Assembly: GCF_000181795.1 (NCBI RefSeq)
Contig: NW_003526941.1
Span: 1,980,232-2,044,231, forward strand
Reading direction: 5' to 3'
DNA: 64,000 nucleotides
From: Trichinella spiralis
Taxonomy: Eukaryota
Below, in pieces: positions 38,680 through 52,553 of the stretch; position 1 is the first letter of the stretch, and every line of letters starts with the position of its first letter. The notes beneath the pieces were generated by a model. That model made no database searches, was not told where the DNA came from, and saw only the letters and a list, made by a program, of their open reading frames with translations. Position numbers and translations under genes: made by a program.

Positions 38680-41600
38680 ATGCACTGCGCCTTATTTATG
38701 CTACTTGTATCTGCATTCGCTTACGCCGAAGACAGTAAGTTACTTCATCATAATCATTCATTCAAGTATCATCAGTTGGTTTGAGGATATAAACAGCATT
38801 TACATGTAATTAGAAAGTGCAATAGCTAACATTGATAAATCATACGCATTCAATTGTAAAATCATAAAATAATGTAATGCACATCTTTCTTAAATTCTAT
38901 ACTTAAACAGTGGCACATGTACATATATATATATATATATATAGTGCATATACAAGTCAAATGAAACAAATAAAACAGTTTTTCTTTCTAGCATACAATT
39001 AACATAAGTAAAATTACCATCAAAAATTTTATACCAATCAAATATATTCCAAATTACTTGCCTAGTTTACAAGAAAAAAACAGCTTTAGGAAATGATAAT
39101 TCACCTTGTTATTTAAAAAACTTACACAAAGCATTTCTTGTATTGAGAAATTATGAAAAGCAGATGGGGTTATAAATCACGTAATGTATAATATAAACTG
39201 GATTTCTTTTGATTACAGATTGAGCTGCAAAGATTTCAAATAAAAAGTTAACCATACCTTTCAGACCACTTATAAAGCAGTGAACTTATAATTATTCAAA
39301 TGATGAATATATATGATAAAGTGAAGACTTAAAGCTCAATTAAAAAAAAATCGACTATACACTGTGCTTAAAAACTATATCAGTTTAGATATAAATTATT
39401 TGTCTCATATTCTTTCGGTTGGTGGAATAAGTCACCAATGGGAGTGTGATATTCTTTTACAAATACAAAAGGCCATTTTGTTAAATATTTGCCAATAAAT
39501 GTAGAATTGAGAAACAAACTTATTTAAGGCAGTTCTGAAAGCATGGAATGCGTACGACAAGACAACAACTGTTGGTGTGTTGATCACAGTACTGGCACTG
39601 AAGTAGAAGGTAGCCGTATACTGCTGAAACAAAATGTCCCTTTGTGTGGAAGTAAGTTTTTCGTTTCATCTTAATCAATACCTCTCATTTAGCGTAACAA
39701 AACTGATACATTATAAAAGCTCATGCTGATAATATTTCTGTTTTTAATGCAAAGCACAAATTGTACAAATACTTTCAATGAATGAAGGCCACATACAGTG
39801 TTTTAGAAACAAAATCAAAACAAATAACCTACATATGAGTAATAATAATTCGACGCATGGAAAATCACAACTATGATTTTCCCATGCATACTGGAACCCC
39901 ACTAAAATCATTTCTTTCTGAAGGCCAAATTTTAGAAAACTAATCTTTTTTCTGTTGAGACTATGCTGAAAATTTTTACATCTGATAAACAGTTCAACGT
40001 AATTTCTTCAAATAACCATAAAAATTCAATTTTCAATTTAAAGTCAGAAAAGCTAAAGTAAACATAAAACGCAGACACTACAGTGATGCACACGCCAAAT
40101 TCACTTAGTAAGTCAGGGACAAAGATTTGTTTTCATCAAAAAAATAGAGCAAATTTCAGTAGGATATCCAACACTAGCTATACAGTATTTATTAGTACTG
40201 GAATATTAGCAATTTCAGAAATTGCATTTCTGGCTGCATTCCTTCATTTTGCTTTTTCATCACAAAGCTCATAAAATCTCATAATTAAGACTTATAAAGA
40301 TCTTGTAAAATTTAGACTTTTTGCACATGCGCAGAAAAGAAAGTCTTCCTCAAAAACACTGCTAAATTTTTAACAAAATCCTTAGAAAACCTTTTCCTGA
40401 AAATTGTTCTCCTTTTCATTGATTTAGAATTCGAAACTGAATTGTACCGCTTGAATTCAAAAAACGTCGAATGCAGTAAAATGGACGAGATGCGTGTTGA
40501 CCACTGCCTGAACGGTTTGTACAGCAATTTCTTGGATTTGCCTTTTGCCAATTCCAAAATAAATCACCTGCTGTTCGCCAATTACATATTTCTCAGCGGA
40601 AAAGTAGATCTCGCATGCCATATTTTCAATGAATATTCCCGTTGCTCATCGGCTGCTTTTCAAAACACTGCCTGCCAACACTGTCAGCATGTGATTTTCA
40701 CCGGCATTTTTGATTACTTATGCCAACCGAATCATTTTGTCGCCGTTCGCCAGCAAATCAGCTGCTTGCAAAGATTGTTCGTCGATGATGAATTTACAAA
40801 ATGCCAGCTGCGCATGTTAAACGAACTCAAGGCAGCTGAAAGCGACAACGACAATTTGCGTTATTGTGCCATCAAACTGCAATATCAATCCTGCTTGCTG
40901 AAACGTCTCCCTGTCCACTGTGAAGGTGATATGGTCAGCATTTTGGGCAATCTACCCAATCGGTAAGCTAATTTAAAATATCTAATCATGAATTTGATGT
41001 TACGTTTTCAATTCTACGTATTCGTTACAGAATATCAGAAAGATTGAATATCACATGTGAAAACTTCCCTTCGTTGGAAGCCAATACAAACACTACGGTT
41101 GCATCAATCCAGACCATATCGTCAATACTGGAAACTACAATCTTCAATACTTCAGCAAAAGAAGTGACAGATCAATCACCAACAAATGCTACGTTAAAGT
41201 TCAACACAAATTACAGAACCACAACTGAGCAAATTACTACTACAGAATATCTTGAAACAAACACACCCGTCACAGCTAACTTCACTATCAACCAAAAAGA
41301 GCCGCTACATGTTCAACAGACACACTACACAAAACCTGAATCTGTTGAAGAAGAATCTACTGGCACAAACAGTTCGAAAATGATACCGCCACTGAATACG
41401 ACAGCATTGCCAACATCAAAATACAACATCACCGTTGATCCTAGCAACAACGCGACATTTTACACTGCTGAAGAAATCAATACCAACAGAACCGACGTGG
41501 AACCCTCTTTGGGATATGATCTCATAGAAATTATCAATGAAACAATGTCAGAATCAGCTGAATATGAATCAAGTACTGACATGTTGTCGAACCAGAACAC

Positions 41601-44462
41601 ATCAAATTCAACACCAACTATCACAATTCTTCTTCATTCAAACATAACAGAAGCATATGACTTGCAGCAATTCAACGAAACTGCTACAGAAATTACCACA
41701 GCAAAGACAATTAATGACGAACGAACAACTACGATAATAATTGCTCAATCTGTAGATGATGCAATTGTTACCCAGACCCAGCTGTGGACCTCCAACGAAT
41801 CTCTACCAGAATTCATCATTACAGAACAACCGCTAACTAATACTACAACAACTACTGCCGCTATTACTACTACCGCTGCTGCTACTGCTGTTACAAATGC
41901 TACCGTTACTGGCAATGAAGGTGCACTTCTTCAAAACAGTACTGGTGAAAACGATATTTCTATGCCCATAGAAAAAATTTCAGTAACCTCAGGCTATGAT
42001 AGCAGAGCAATGGTAAATGCAACTTTTGACAATGAAACAATTTCAGCTAACGTTTCTTTAAAAGCAACTGATCGGCGAATTGAACAAAACAATTCAAATT
42101 CTGGTCTCTCACAACCTTCCATGCATCGAGTTGAAAATTTTACCAATTCACCAACAGCACATCACGTCACCAGCACTCAACCAACAACTAATTATCTCAA
42201 TGCAACTGATAATCTCACAGTGTCTGGGAAAGAAACAAACAGTACAGTTCCACAGTTGCAAATAACCAAAATTGACAGCTTGGAAAAAAATACTTCCATT
42301 ACAACAGAAATGCCAGAAACTTTCCCAAATCAATCAAGTGAAGCTGCTGAAATAAACAAAACAGCCAACACCCAACAAAACATAACGCAACAAATTACAA
42401 GAAGTAATAAAGAAGAACAAATAAGCATCACAGAAACGACAACAGCAATAATTGCTGAGACAACAATCACAACAGCAACAACAGATCAACTGCGACGAAA
42501 CAACACTGATTGCATTACAAAGTCGATAAAAAGTTGCCAAAATTACAACTACCGATTCCAGTATTGCGTACGCACACATATCCTCACCACTAACATATAC
42601 CAGTGGACCATTGAACGACTACTCAACACCAGCTGGGATTGGCTCCAATATCCGGATACATGCAAAAGCTTTTACAACTATCTGTCGTGTATGCATCAAC
42701 CGGCACTGAATCCTCTGGGAATATGTGAACCGTTCGGTCACATTGCCCTGGTAAACTTTACGTTTTTCTTTTATTTCCTTTAAAGCTAAATGTATACACT
42801 TTTTGCCAGCAAAGTTTGTCATGTTTGCAACAATTTTCAGGTCAACTTGCTTTCTTCCGTGTGCGAACAAGACATGATAACCAATCTTCGTCAACACGGT
42901 CCTTGCATGGTAGAAGCAGTGTTAAATTCAACAAGCACATCTACTTGTATGCATGTTTTCCATGATTTCATTCAATTTATCAATGTGCACAGCGAAGACG
43001 AAAGTGAAATGTGCGCAAAAATGCGGACACTTCATATGTGCATCGGCGAGATGGACGTACACCAATGTGGCATTGAAGCTCACTACGCATTCACAAAACT
43101 GAAACTGAACGGCCTACAAGCGGAAAGCTATTTATGTGGAAAATATCTGCTTGGTCCAAGTCTACGACAACAAGTTCTCTGTAAGCTCAACTAAAACTAG
43201 AAAACAAAGCAAAACTGCTTCCCATTATCAGTTCATTACATTACAGGGTGGAAACAACGTCAAACGGACGGCATCGTACCAGCAATAGCTGATTGCATTG
43301 CTGAGCGAGATCAAGCCTTGTCTAACAGCAATCATCACGACCACTACATCCCGCAATGTGATAGATACGGCAACTTCGAACTGGTACAATGTGATCCACA
43401 GACTTCGAGTTGTTGGTGCGTAGATGTGGAAACTGGCCATGAACAGTTTACAAGCCGTGTACATAATGTTGCTGATTTGAAATGTGGAGGTAAAGAATGA
43501 AACCTATTTTTAATGATGTTTATCAAGAATGCCTGTTATTGCATTTTCTAGCCTGCTTGATCAGCAAAGCTGCTGCCCTGAGCAGCCGCGGCAGTGGATT
43601 CATACCAAGCTGCCAAAGCGATGGTCTGTACTCACCTATGCAATGTGATTATGAAAAAAATGTTTGCTGGTGTGTAAACGTGACTACAGGCGCCCAAATA
43701 CATGGAACAGAAACGCCAAAAGGATACAAACTACCCACATGTCAAAGTATGCATTTCATTTGATCCATCTGTGTAAAAAATATTTTTGCATAATAATCTA
43801 CCATTTTCTGCATTACTATTGCTGACTTTTGTCGCTTAATTCGTTTTTATTTACATAAATAAGATATAAATATTAAATTCCGCATCATTTTAATTAACCG
43901 CTCCACTATAATTAGCCACTCCACCATTCTCCATTGAACAAACAGCATGTTTTCCCAAAATAAAAATGCTTCATTCTCACGTTTCGTACATTATTCTCAC
44001 GCATTTTATCGATTGATAATTCACTTTCAAAATGGCCGATTATGTGATAATCTTTTTCAAGTAGAAGAAAAGCATTATGCATCCGTTTGTTTGCATTAGT
44101 GAATTTGAATATCAAGTGCACCTTCGTATTCAACGATTCAATAAACATTTCTCACTTCACAATCTATTTAATGCACACAAATGTAAACATAAGCTACATC
44201 CAACCTATTAGTATTGCATTGTATTGTAGGTAAAAGTGAGTTCGCGTGCACGTGGATAGCTCCGAAGAAACGCTGTGCCCCGGATGGCAGCGCACCTAAG
44301 CTGATGTTGCGTTGGTTTAGAGAAGGACAAAAGTGCACCTTACGCCCGGTCAGCTTTTGCCCACAGGAATCGCATTTGCCACCGTTCACATTCCGCTTTC
44401 AAAGCGACTGCGAAGAAATGTGCCTCGGACCATATATAAATCGACTGCCAATAATATTTTAA
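38680..44462 (+). CDS. Secreted mosaic protein: signal peptide, partial thyroglobulin type-1 repeat, Cys-rich helical domain, ~470 aa Thr/Asn-rich mucin-like spacer, second Cys-rich domain, two thyroglobulin type-1 repeats, atypical Kunitz-like C-terminus
   Basis: Exons approximately 38680-38734 (MHCALFMLLVSAFAYAED), 39530-39651 (CWCVDHSTGTEV), 40428-40962, 41031-42750, 42841-43180, ~43247-43488 (YIPQCDRYGNFELVQCD...CWCVD), 43552-43746 (FIPSCQSDGLYSPMQCD...CWCVN) and 44230-44462. The splice phases checked are compatible. Confidence 0.78.
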
Positions 44463-46917
44463 AGCTACTACACTTTCATTCTTTTTCTTTTTTTATTGCC
44501 CCAATTCTACGTGACAGGCAGCATGCTTCGTTTCTAATCTCACATAGCACACATACAGTATACAAATGACATTATCTGTTTCATTCACTGCAAAATAGTT
44601 ACTCTGAGTTCATCTTTTTGTTGCAAAGTAAATTAAATAACACGATAAAAGGCAACTCATACGACAAAACATTATCACTCAATCTGTAAGCACTTTTATG
44701 AAATGGAAATGAAATTTAAATAAAAAACTTCACACTGAAAAGCACGGAGTAATCGAATTTATATTTCAGTAAAAATTCCAACAACGAGAAGTCTATTCTA
44801 GCGAATTTAAAATCTTTAAAATTATGATCCGTTCTGCTGCATTTCCTAATCATCTCAAGAATCGATAAAAGCATTTGAAAAAGCATACATCGAAAAATAC
44901 ATTAGTTGAAAAATATATTTTCATTAAACAGCCATTTGCAACCAGCCTGAAAACCACTATTCATTTGCATATTCTCGCTTAATTGCAAAAATAATCGTCT
45001 GTTCGACTGTGAAATGCTGCCTGAATAACAGTCTCTCAGAGGACAGTTTTACAGAACTATTACTGCTAAAATTACGCAAAATGACATTGCCTTTTGTCTT
45101 TAATGCCTCCTGAGAATTTCGATTTTTTCATGCATCAGAATTTACCGATTCAAACAAGCGGGAATAGCAGAAAAAGTTAATTGCCTCTCGCCAACTTTCT
45201 GCTTGGTAGCAAGGTTATCACGTTTATAAGATGAGTCTAATCAAAACTGGGAACCATTTGAAAAATTGCAGTCTCGATCAGAAAAAAAAACACTTTCTAA
45301 ATAATGAAAAATTCATTTGAATGAAAAAAATGAAATTCAGCTCAATGCACTTTTCTCCGATTAATCTGAAATTAAAAATACACGCTAATCATACACACCC
45401 GGATATGGAATTACATTAACAATGGCAATGGAAAGAAAACAGACAAAATATCCTTCGAAATTCTTTCAAAACAATCATAAATATTCAACCATTTACCACT
45501 GCTCAACATCGAAGCATAGATATTTAATTTTTTGTAAATTCTATAAAAAGAAAATGCCTTAAAAAGAACTGAAAGAACGAATATAATAAAATCTTCAAAT
45601 GGACAACTGAAAAATGAATGCAATTCAATTTCTCAAATAAACAAGCTTATTCAACCAAAATGAATAAACGATGCTCGTGCAAAATCAATCAGTGTACAAA
45701 TTCTTAAACGAACGATTGACCATTGAAGAAACAATTCATGCTATGGCAAATAAAATTCATTACATCAATTTACTCGAATGCAATAATAATAGATTGAACA
45801 ATTGCCCAACCAACTGACCAGTCGTTGTAAAAATATAAATGCATCACAGCATAGCAAACAACAACAACAGCAACAAAATAATCAAAATTCCTTTAGAGAC
45901 GCATCATAAAAATACAAATTGCTAAATGTTTGTCATTTGTTTGTTAGCTCTATCCCGAAGGATTGTAATTTCGTTACCGAATTTTATCGTATAACAATAA
46001 CTATGAAAACATAGCTTTTGAAAATCGAATCGTCACAAGCATTAGCATTATTGCCTGTTTTCCATCAAATTGTTGAAAGACATCTTAATGTCAGCATTGA
46101 CAAAAATAAAGTATAAAAATCGATTCCAACATTACTCAAATCAAGATCATTCCCAAAGGCAAGTTGTTCTTAAAATTTCTTTTTGTTGTACTACGCTGTA
46201 CTTTGCTTTTCAATTTCAAAACACAACAGACAGATAAATTATAAAAATAAAAGCAACATGAAGAAATTAATTTGCTTGGACAATCTCAAATTTTTCTGTC
46301 AGGTATGTTCCAACATAAATGACTGACGAAAAAGTAAAAAAAAATATTGCCCATGTTGTTGATGCCATATGAATACGCTGCATCAACGTTATACAAAAAA
46401 GAAACTAATTTACAACTATAAATGTAAATAGTCGTTGGACAGGAGCGTTGTTGACAGCTCAACAATTTAATTAACGATAAACAATATATGCAAAGTGGTT
46501 CGATGGACGGTTGATCGTCCAATGCCACTGGACGAAACGTCTCCTGAGATGGCTGTCCGAAATGCCAGCGTTTAGCGATTAGTGCGGTCTTATTGATCTG
46601 ATCAAAGCTTCACTGCTTCAATAATGGTTAGCTTGAAAGTGAAGCCGCCGCTGGTCGGCAATCACTGGAAATCCGTCGTCGTCGAACAATTTAGCACAAC
46701 AAATACCGACCACAGATCAGCAAAAGTTCCCTCTAGCCGACGCCTGCTGTCGTCACTTTGTTTCTTTCTTTCTGCTGCCTGCACATCCAATTGGTCAGAA
46801 GAAAAGTCATCCCCACCCTCAGCCTAGCCGCAGCGTCTAGCCTCTCTTCTCACTCATTATTATTACTATCATCATATGTAAATCTTGCACCCATTCCATA
46901 GTGTTCTTTTCTTGAAT

Positions 46918-49569
46918 ATGCGCAATTCATCAAAAATGCAGGTAATTCTCCACCGCATGAACAACAATAATATAAATAAATAAATAAATAAATCCATGCT
47001 TCATTTAATTATTATTTCAGTTTTCAATAATAATTCGAGCTTTACTTTTGCTTTACGTCGGTGCAACAATGCGTGACAAAGAGAAACAATCATTTGCAGA
47101 ACAAATCCTGGAAGATCGTGTTGGCGGTTTGAATACATTAAACGAACTTCTAGTCGACTACAATTATCATATACGACCATCAGTTGACAAAAATCTACCG
47201 CTTCAAATCAACGTTAGCATTCATGTCCTTAACGTCGAATGGAAAGCCGACAAACTAACACTTCTGTATTCAATTTGTCAAAGCTGGAATGATGATCGCC
47301 TCATCTTCAAGGTAAGTGAACTGGGAAAATTTGGAATACAAATTGCAATTGAAATAATAATAATACAGACTTCTTTCACATATCTAATTTCAACAACAAC
47401 AATTTTTCTTATTGCTTCCGTAGCGAAGAGAAAATTTTACCAAGCAATAGTTAAGCAGCTGTTACGTCAGAGTTGAAAACGACAAGTCCAATCTATCACC
47501 TGAATTTAAGTTGAATTACTTCAAACGAAATGCCATTTCTGTTGGAACAACGCAAGCGCTTTCGAAAACAAATTATTGCAGTCGCTATGCTTCAAACGTT
47601 AACCACCAGTATATATATATATATTCCAGATTGCCTGAAGAATTTATATTTCCCTTCTTCACTAAACTAATAAATTACTGATAATACTAACAAATGCTAT
47701 TTTTCTATAAAAATGCTAATCAAATAAATAAAATAACAACACACTAACTACTCCACTAAGAAGAAAAACTAGAGAAAAGATGTAAAAAGTTAGGGAAAGA
47801 TATTTTTCTTCTAAATGGCATTTCTCACTAAATTTTTCAGTGATAAAGTGCAAACCTTCTTCCAAAGTTTCTTTTCCTTTTCAAACCAAACTTTTATTCT
47901 CAGATGGTTCAAAAATTGTTGACACAGCATCAATTTACTGCAGCTAAATTGGAACTGCTTTTTTTTCTAAGAAAATTGACAGCACGAAGCCAAGTCAATT
48001 ATTTATTTCAAATCGTTTTAAATGTTCAGCTGTCTGGGCATCCCCTAGGATGATCTGACTCTAGTGATCATCTGTTTTCACTTTTAACCAACACACAGCT
48101 CCAAATATGTCCAAAACCTTGTGCTAAATTTTCACCATTTGTCCATTAGAATTCAACACCATGATCAAAATAATTAACAAAATATTTATAGTTAAGCTGA
48201 CATACAAAATACCAGCTAGCGCAAGTAATAATTCGGCAAAAGTCAACAGTCCAAGTAATTCGATACTTTTATGACGGAATATCTAGTCGAAACAGTCGTC
48301 ATCATCATAACTTTTCCAACCTAACCATGTGGCTAGATTAGATGAACATCAGAATTAAGTTGCACTTTCGTTTGGTAGTATCAAATTTGCTTGAACTCTC
48401 ATCGACATATAGCAAAACCTTGCTTGTAATGAACGAACAATATATTTTGAGGAAATTGAAAAAAAAACCTGATTAAATAACTAACCCCAACACAAAAAAG
48501 GCATCAAAGAATTACTGCACTACACGTGAATATATCTATCTCAGATAAAACAAAAGAGAGAAAATGAGAGAGGGAAAGAAATAATAAGATAAATTCGGAC
48601 CATAACTAATAAACTAACAATAATTGTCCACTTACATCATTTCTTACTTGATTTAATTTCAGTTCAAAATTTGCAAAATTCATCAGCACCTGGATTTACT
48701 TTGTCATACTTTTTAGCCATAGCTGAGTTGTTCATATCGAATCTTTTGCCAAAAGTGGACAAGGTCAACTGAATATGCCCAATCACTTATAAAGCATGAA
48801 CTGATATAATAAATGAAAGCAGTCGACTAATAATATAACATGAAAATAAAAAATAATCATTTTACAATTATACACCAGGAAATTTCAATAAGTAAACAAT
48901 AATTGAACAAATATGATGCACAACAAATCGATTGCAAACAACACTAAACCAACTTCAGAATCAAGCAATAATTTCTTTCATTCTCTTACTGCTTTCTCTC
49001 ATGCTCTCTCCCATTTTTACTTTCCGTCTGTTTACTCTGTTTTAACGAAAGCATAAATATTTAAAACGCAAAATTAGATCTATTTTGTCAATAGAAATTT
49101 AATGAAATTTATATTTCAGGGTTACAAAGAAATACGTTTCCCTTATATGAAAATAATCTGGATGCCGGACTTGTACAGTCCGATGGAAACATCAAAGAGC
49201 ATTTTGAACTCTGGGTACGTTTCAGTTACTCCTAATGGTGAAGTGAGGCTACGTCAACGCATTCTCACTGAACAGCCGTGTTTGCTTACTGTGCAAAAAG
49301 TAGTGGAAGATGACGGAAAACTGAACTGCACTTGGATAGCAAAAAGTTATCAACATAATGCAGATGAACTACAATTATACTTGGAAAACGTAGTTACGTT
49401 GAATGACGATTTACAAGGACGTGCAATTGCCTATTCCAGCGAAGGATTCCATGATACTGTTAACACATCAACTGGACAACACTACAGAATTAAAGTGACC
49501 TATGAAATAGACACTGGAATAACAAAGGCAGTTTTAGAGAACGCTCTGAAACAACTGACATATAAATAA
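46918..49569 (+). CDS. Secreted Cys-loop (pentameric ligand-gated ion channel) extracellular ligand-binding domain without transmembrane domain; AChBP-like architecture, anion-channel-like motifs; ~254 aa
   Basis: Exons 46918-46941, 47021-47311 and 49120-49569, all joined in phase 0. Signal-like MQFSIIIRALLLLYVGA, then LLVDYNYHIRP, QSWNDDRL, IWMPDLY, VTPNGEV, a C-x15-C loop, SYQHNADEL and STGQHYRIKVTYEI. Stop TAA at 49567 overlaps AATAAA. Confidence 0.82.
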
Positions 49570-50292
49570 AAGTGTACTTTTTATTAGCACTGACTAAAAA
49601 TAATCGCTTTGTGAGCTGTAAAATTCGATGATAAAAATAGTGGTAATAATGAAGTCTGCTATTATAACGATGCCATTGTGCACTACGTTTACACTGCTTT
49701 ACCGACGGCTTTATTGTTTGAGAAACAACATCAAAAATAAATAAACCACAGCTGTGGCACAAAGTGCAAAATATCATCATCGAAGATTAATTTCTAGAAA
49801 AGCCATATATTTTGTGAAAAAAATCAATTGAAACATATTTAAAATAACATCCCATAAAGAAACTTAAAGAAATTCACAAACTCAAAACCGTAAGTGAAGT
49901 ACAATATGAAATAATTTATATTCATGGGTAGAAACAGTTAAAAATAACTTCATTATCATTCAATATTTGATTTCAGAAAAAAAAACGTTCAGTATAATTC
50001 TTAAATAAAACGAAAAACTTGTCTAATATTTTCACATCCTCAAAGTGTCTATTGATGTTCCATAAAAAAATTTTATCACAAAATAATCATAATTAAAAAC
50101 ATGTGTTATTAAATTATAAGCCTTAAGTGAAATGAAATTATTAAAAAAATTCAAAGACTGCTTTCAGACACCAACTGAACTTAAACATCAAATTATTACA
50201 GTACTCTGCTAAAGAAGAAAAATAACTGCCAACGGGTTTTAGTGGAGCATTTATCAAAACCTATTTATCTGCACCCCATCTTCGTATAAACG

Positions 50293-52553
50293 ATGGGATT
50301 GTGCAGATGCAAGCGAAAAAAAGTAACACAAATGTTTTGCTTTGAGCACCGTGTGAACGTATGCGAATTTTGCTTAGTTGAAGACCATTCAAAGGTAAAA
50401 TTGAATACTCATTTTCAAATCTTGAAGCTTTCTTTATAAGCTAGTTTTTCAAATTTCAAATATATCTTCAATTTAAAAAACTTAAGAAATAAACAGATTA
50501 CGATAAATAAGCCAATAAACCAGTCGCTATCATTTCTCTCGTCTATCCAAGCGAATAAGCACTTTGGAACAAATATGCATTGCATAAAACATGAGCCCTG
50601 ACGGAAAGCAGCCTTCTGCATGTGCATGTAAAACTGTACAAACTTGCAATTGAACATCTTCTAATTAATTGACTAGCTAGCGCCATTGAAGTTTCCATAT
50701 GTTTGGTAATGGTCATTTTAAAACGAAATTCAAGCCCCTGTGCTATGCGTTTATAACCGAGATTGCGACTGTTTATTATTATTTCAGTGTATTGTACAAA
50801 CGTATTTGTCTTGGTTGAATGACAGCGACTACAACGATTCATGCTATTTTTGTTTCAAGCCGTTGAGCAGCGGTGATTTGGAAACTGTGCGTTTGCTTTG
50901 CCTGCGTAAGAACGATTTTTCCAATTAAAAAAATTTTTTACCATCACAACAACTGCTCTTTTATTGCAGACTTATTTCATTGGGATTGCTTGGACAAATG
51001 GGCACTTTCACTTCCCGCCAATACAGCCCCTGCTGGTTACAAGTGTCCAGAATGCGGGGAAAGGATATTGCCAAAATCAAACCAAGTTTCACCAGTTGCT
51101 GACTGCTTGAAGAACAAACTGAGCACTGCAAGATGGGCTGAGCGAAGATGCAACATCAAAGTATGGTGATTTGTATTCGCTTTTATTTTTATTTTTCATT
51201 TTATGTAAGACTAGCAGAAACCACTTGAACCAAACGGTGAAGTGTACAATTTGCCTGAGATGAAAACTGTCATCGGCTGCAATGCGCGTCTAACTAATGT
51301 TGCTGATTCGGTCAACTCTTCCAACAACAGTTGGCAGAAAAGTATCTTGTTTTAAACATTTTGATCGTTGAGACGAAATAATTGAAATTATTCTCTTTCA
51401 ATTAATTTCAGCAAACGATGAAGAAGATTATTACCAAGGCGACCTTATAACAACGACGACATCATCAACTGAACTATTGATTGACGATAATGTTGAAAAT
51501 AAATATCACCGAAAGTCCGGTAATTGTACTGTTGCCCACAATTTGATGTAAGCCGAAAACTCTATCATATTTTTTTCTTTTGATTTTATAATTTAACCAA
51601 TTCAAATCAAAATATCGCCTGTTCTTACACGATATTTACTTTTTCCTTTTATTGCCGTACTTTTAATAGCTACCAAGGAAATATCCAACATAATAACAAC
51701 ATAGTTCACCATTGATTACCATTCAAATTTAGAATATGTTTTTCAACAGCTTCCATCGATTAATTACACTTTCGAAACTAATACAATAGGCTGTAAAGGA
51801 GATCAAGTTCATCACGTAAATACAGTAACCTTCATCAATTATTCAAATATAGAGTAGTATGCGTCAGTCAACGAAAGAGTGTAAATGGAAAAGTTGAAAA
51901 TGAAGAATCTAGTTTTAACGAGAATTGTACTTTGCATTTTCTTGGAATTTGCCCGTATATACGCATAAAAATATTAGACATGTAATAGTTCAACTTAAAA
52001 TTGAGAATATAAGGTAGAAAAAAGAATCAGAAGAATATAAGTAGAAAGGAGAAGAGTATACAATAACAGGGCTTGCAGAAAGGCGATGCACAATAAATCT
52101 GCAAGTGAAGACTTACTCTAAACTGCCGATTCATAAATAGAAGTCGCAAATTGTAATGTACGCAAATTTATAGCGCATCTGACAAGTGTGTTAATTGAAC
52201 TAGGAAACGGTAATAAAGTGGGAGAGATTGGAAGGTAAAGTGTATTTAAAAAACTGTTGCTACTGCCAAAGCTGCTGCTTAATTACAAAATTAATCTGAA
52301 CAGAAAGTTATATCTTATTGATTGCAAGGCCAACTGATTGTCATTTTTATTTTTCAGTTTACGGTTTTGTCCAGATCGAAGCGATTGGAACTCACGCGCA
52401 TGTTTCAGGCGAATATTTTTGCTGTTGTTGATTTGCTTGGTATGCTTGATCACATTTTACACTTTATCCAACCGTTCGCAACATTATACACATGAGCACG
52501 ACCCACTGTTCGACCCAGCTTCAAACCCAGATGTACATATCGGTGTGCACTGA
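50293..52553 (+). CDS. ZFPL1: Zinc finger protein-like 1 (cis-Golgi B-box/RING-like membrane protein)
   Basis: [49 protein letters not shown]...[37 protein letters not shown]-terminal [20 protein letters not shown] followed by [15 protein letters not shown]. Confidence 0.92.
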
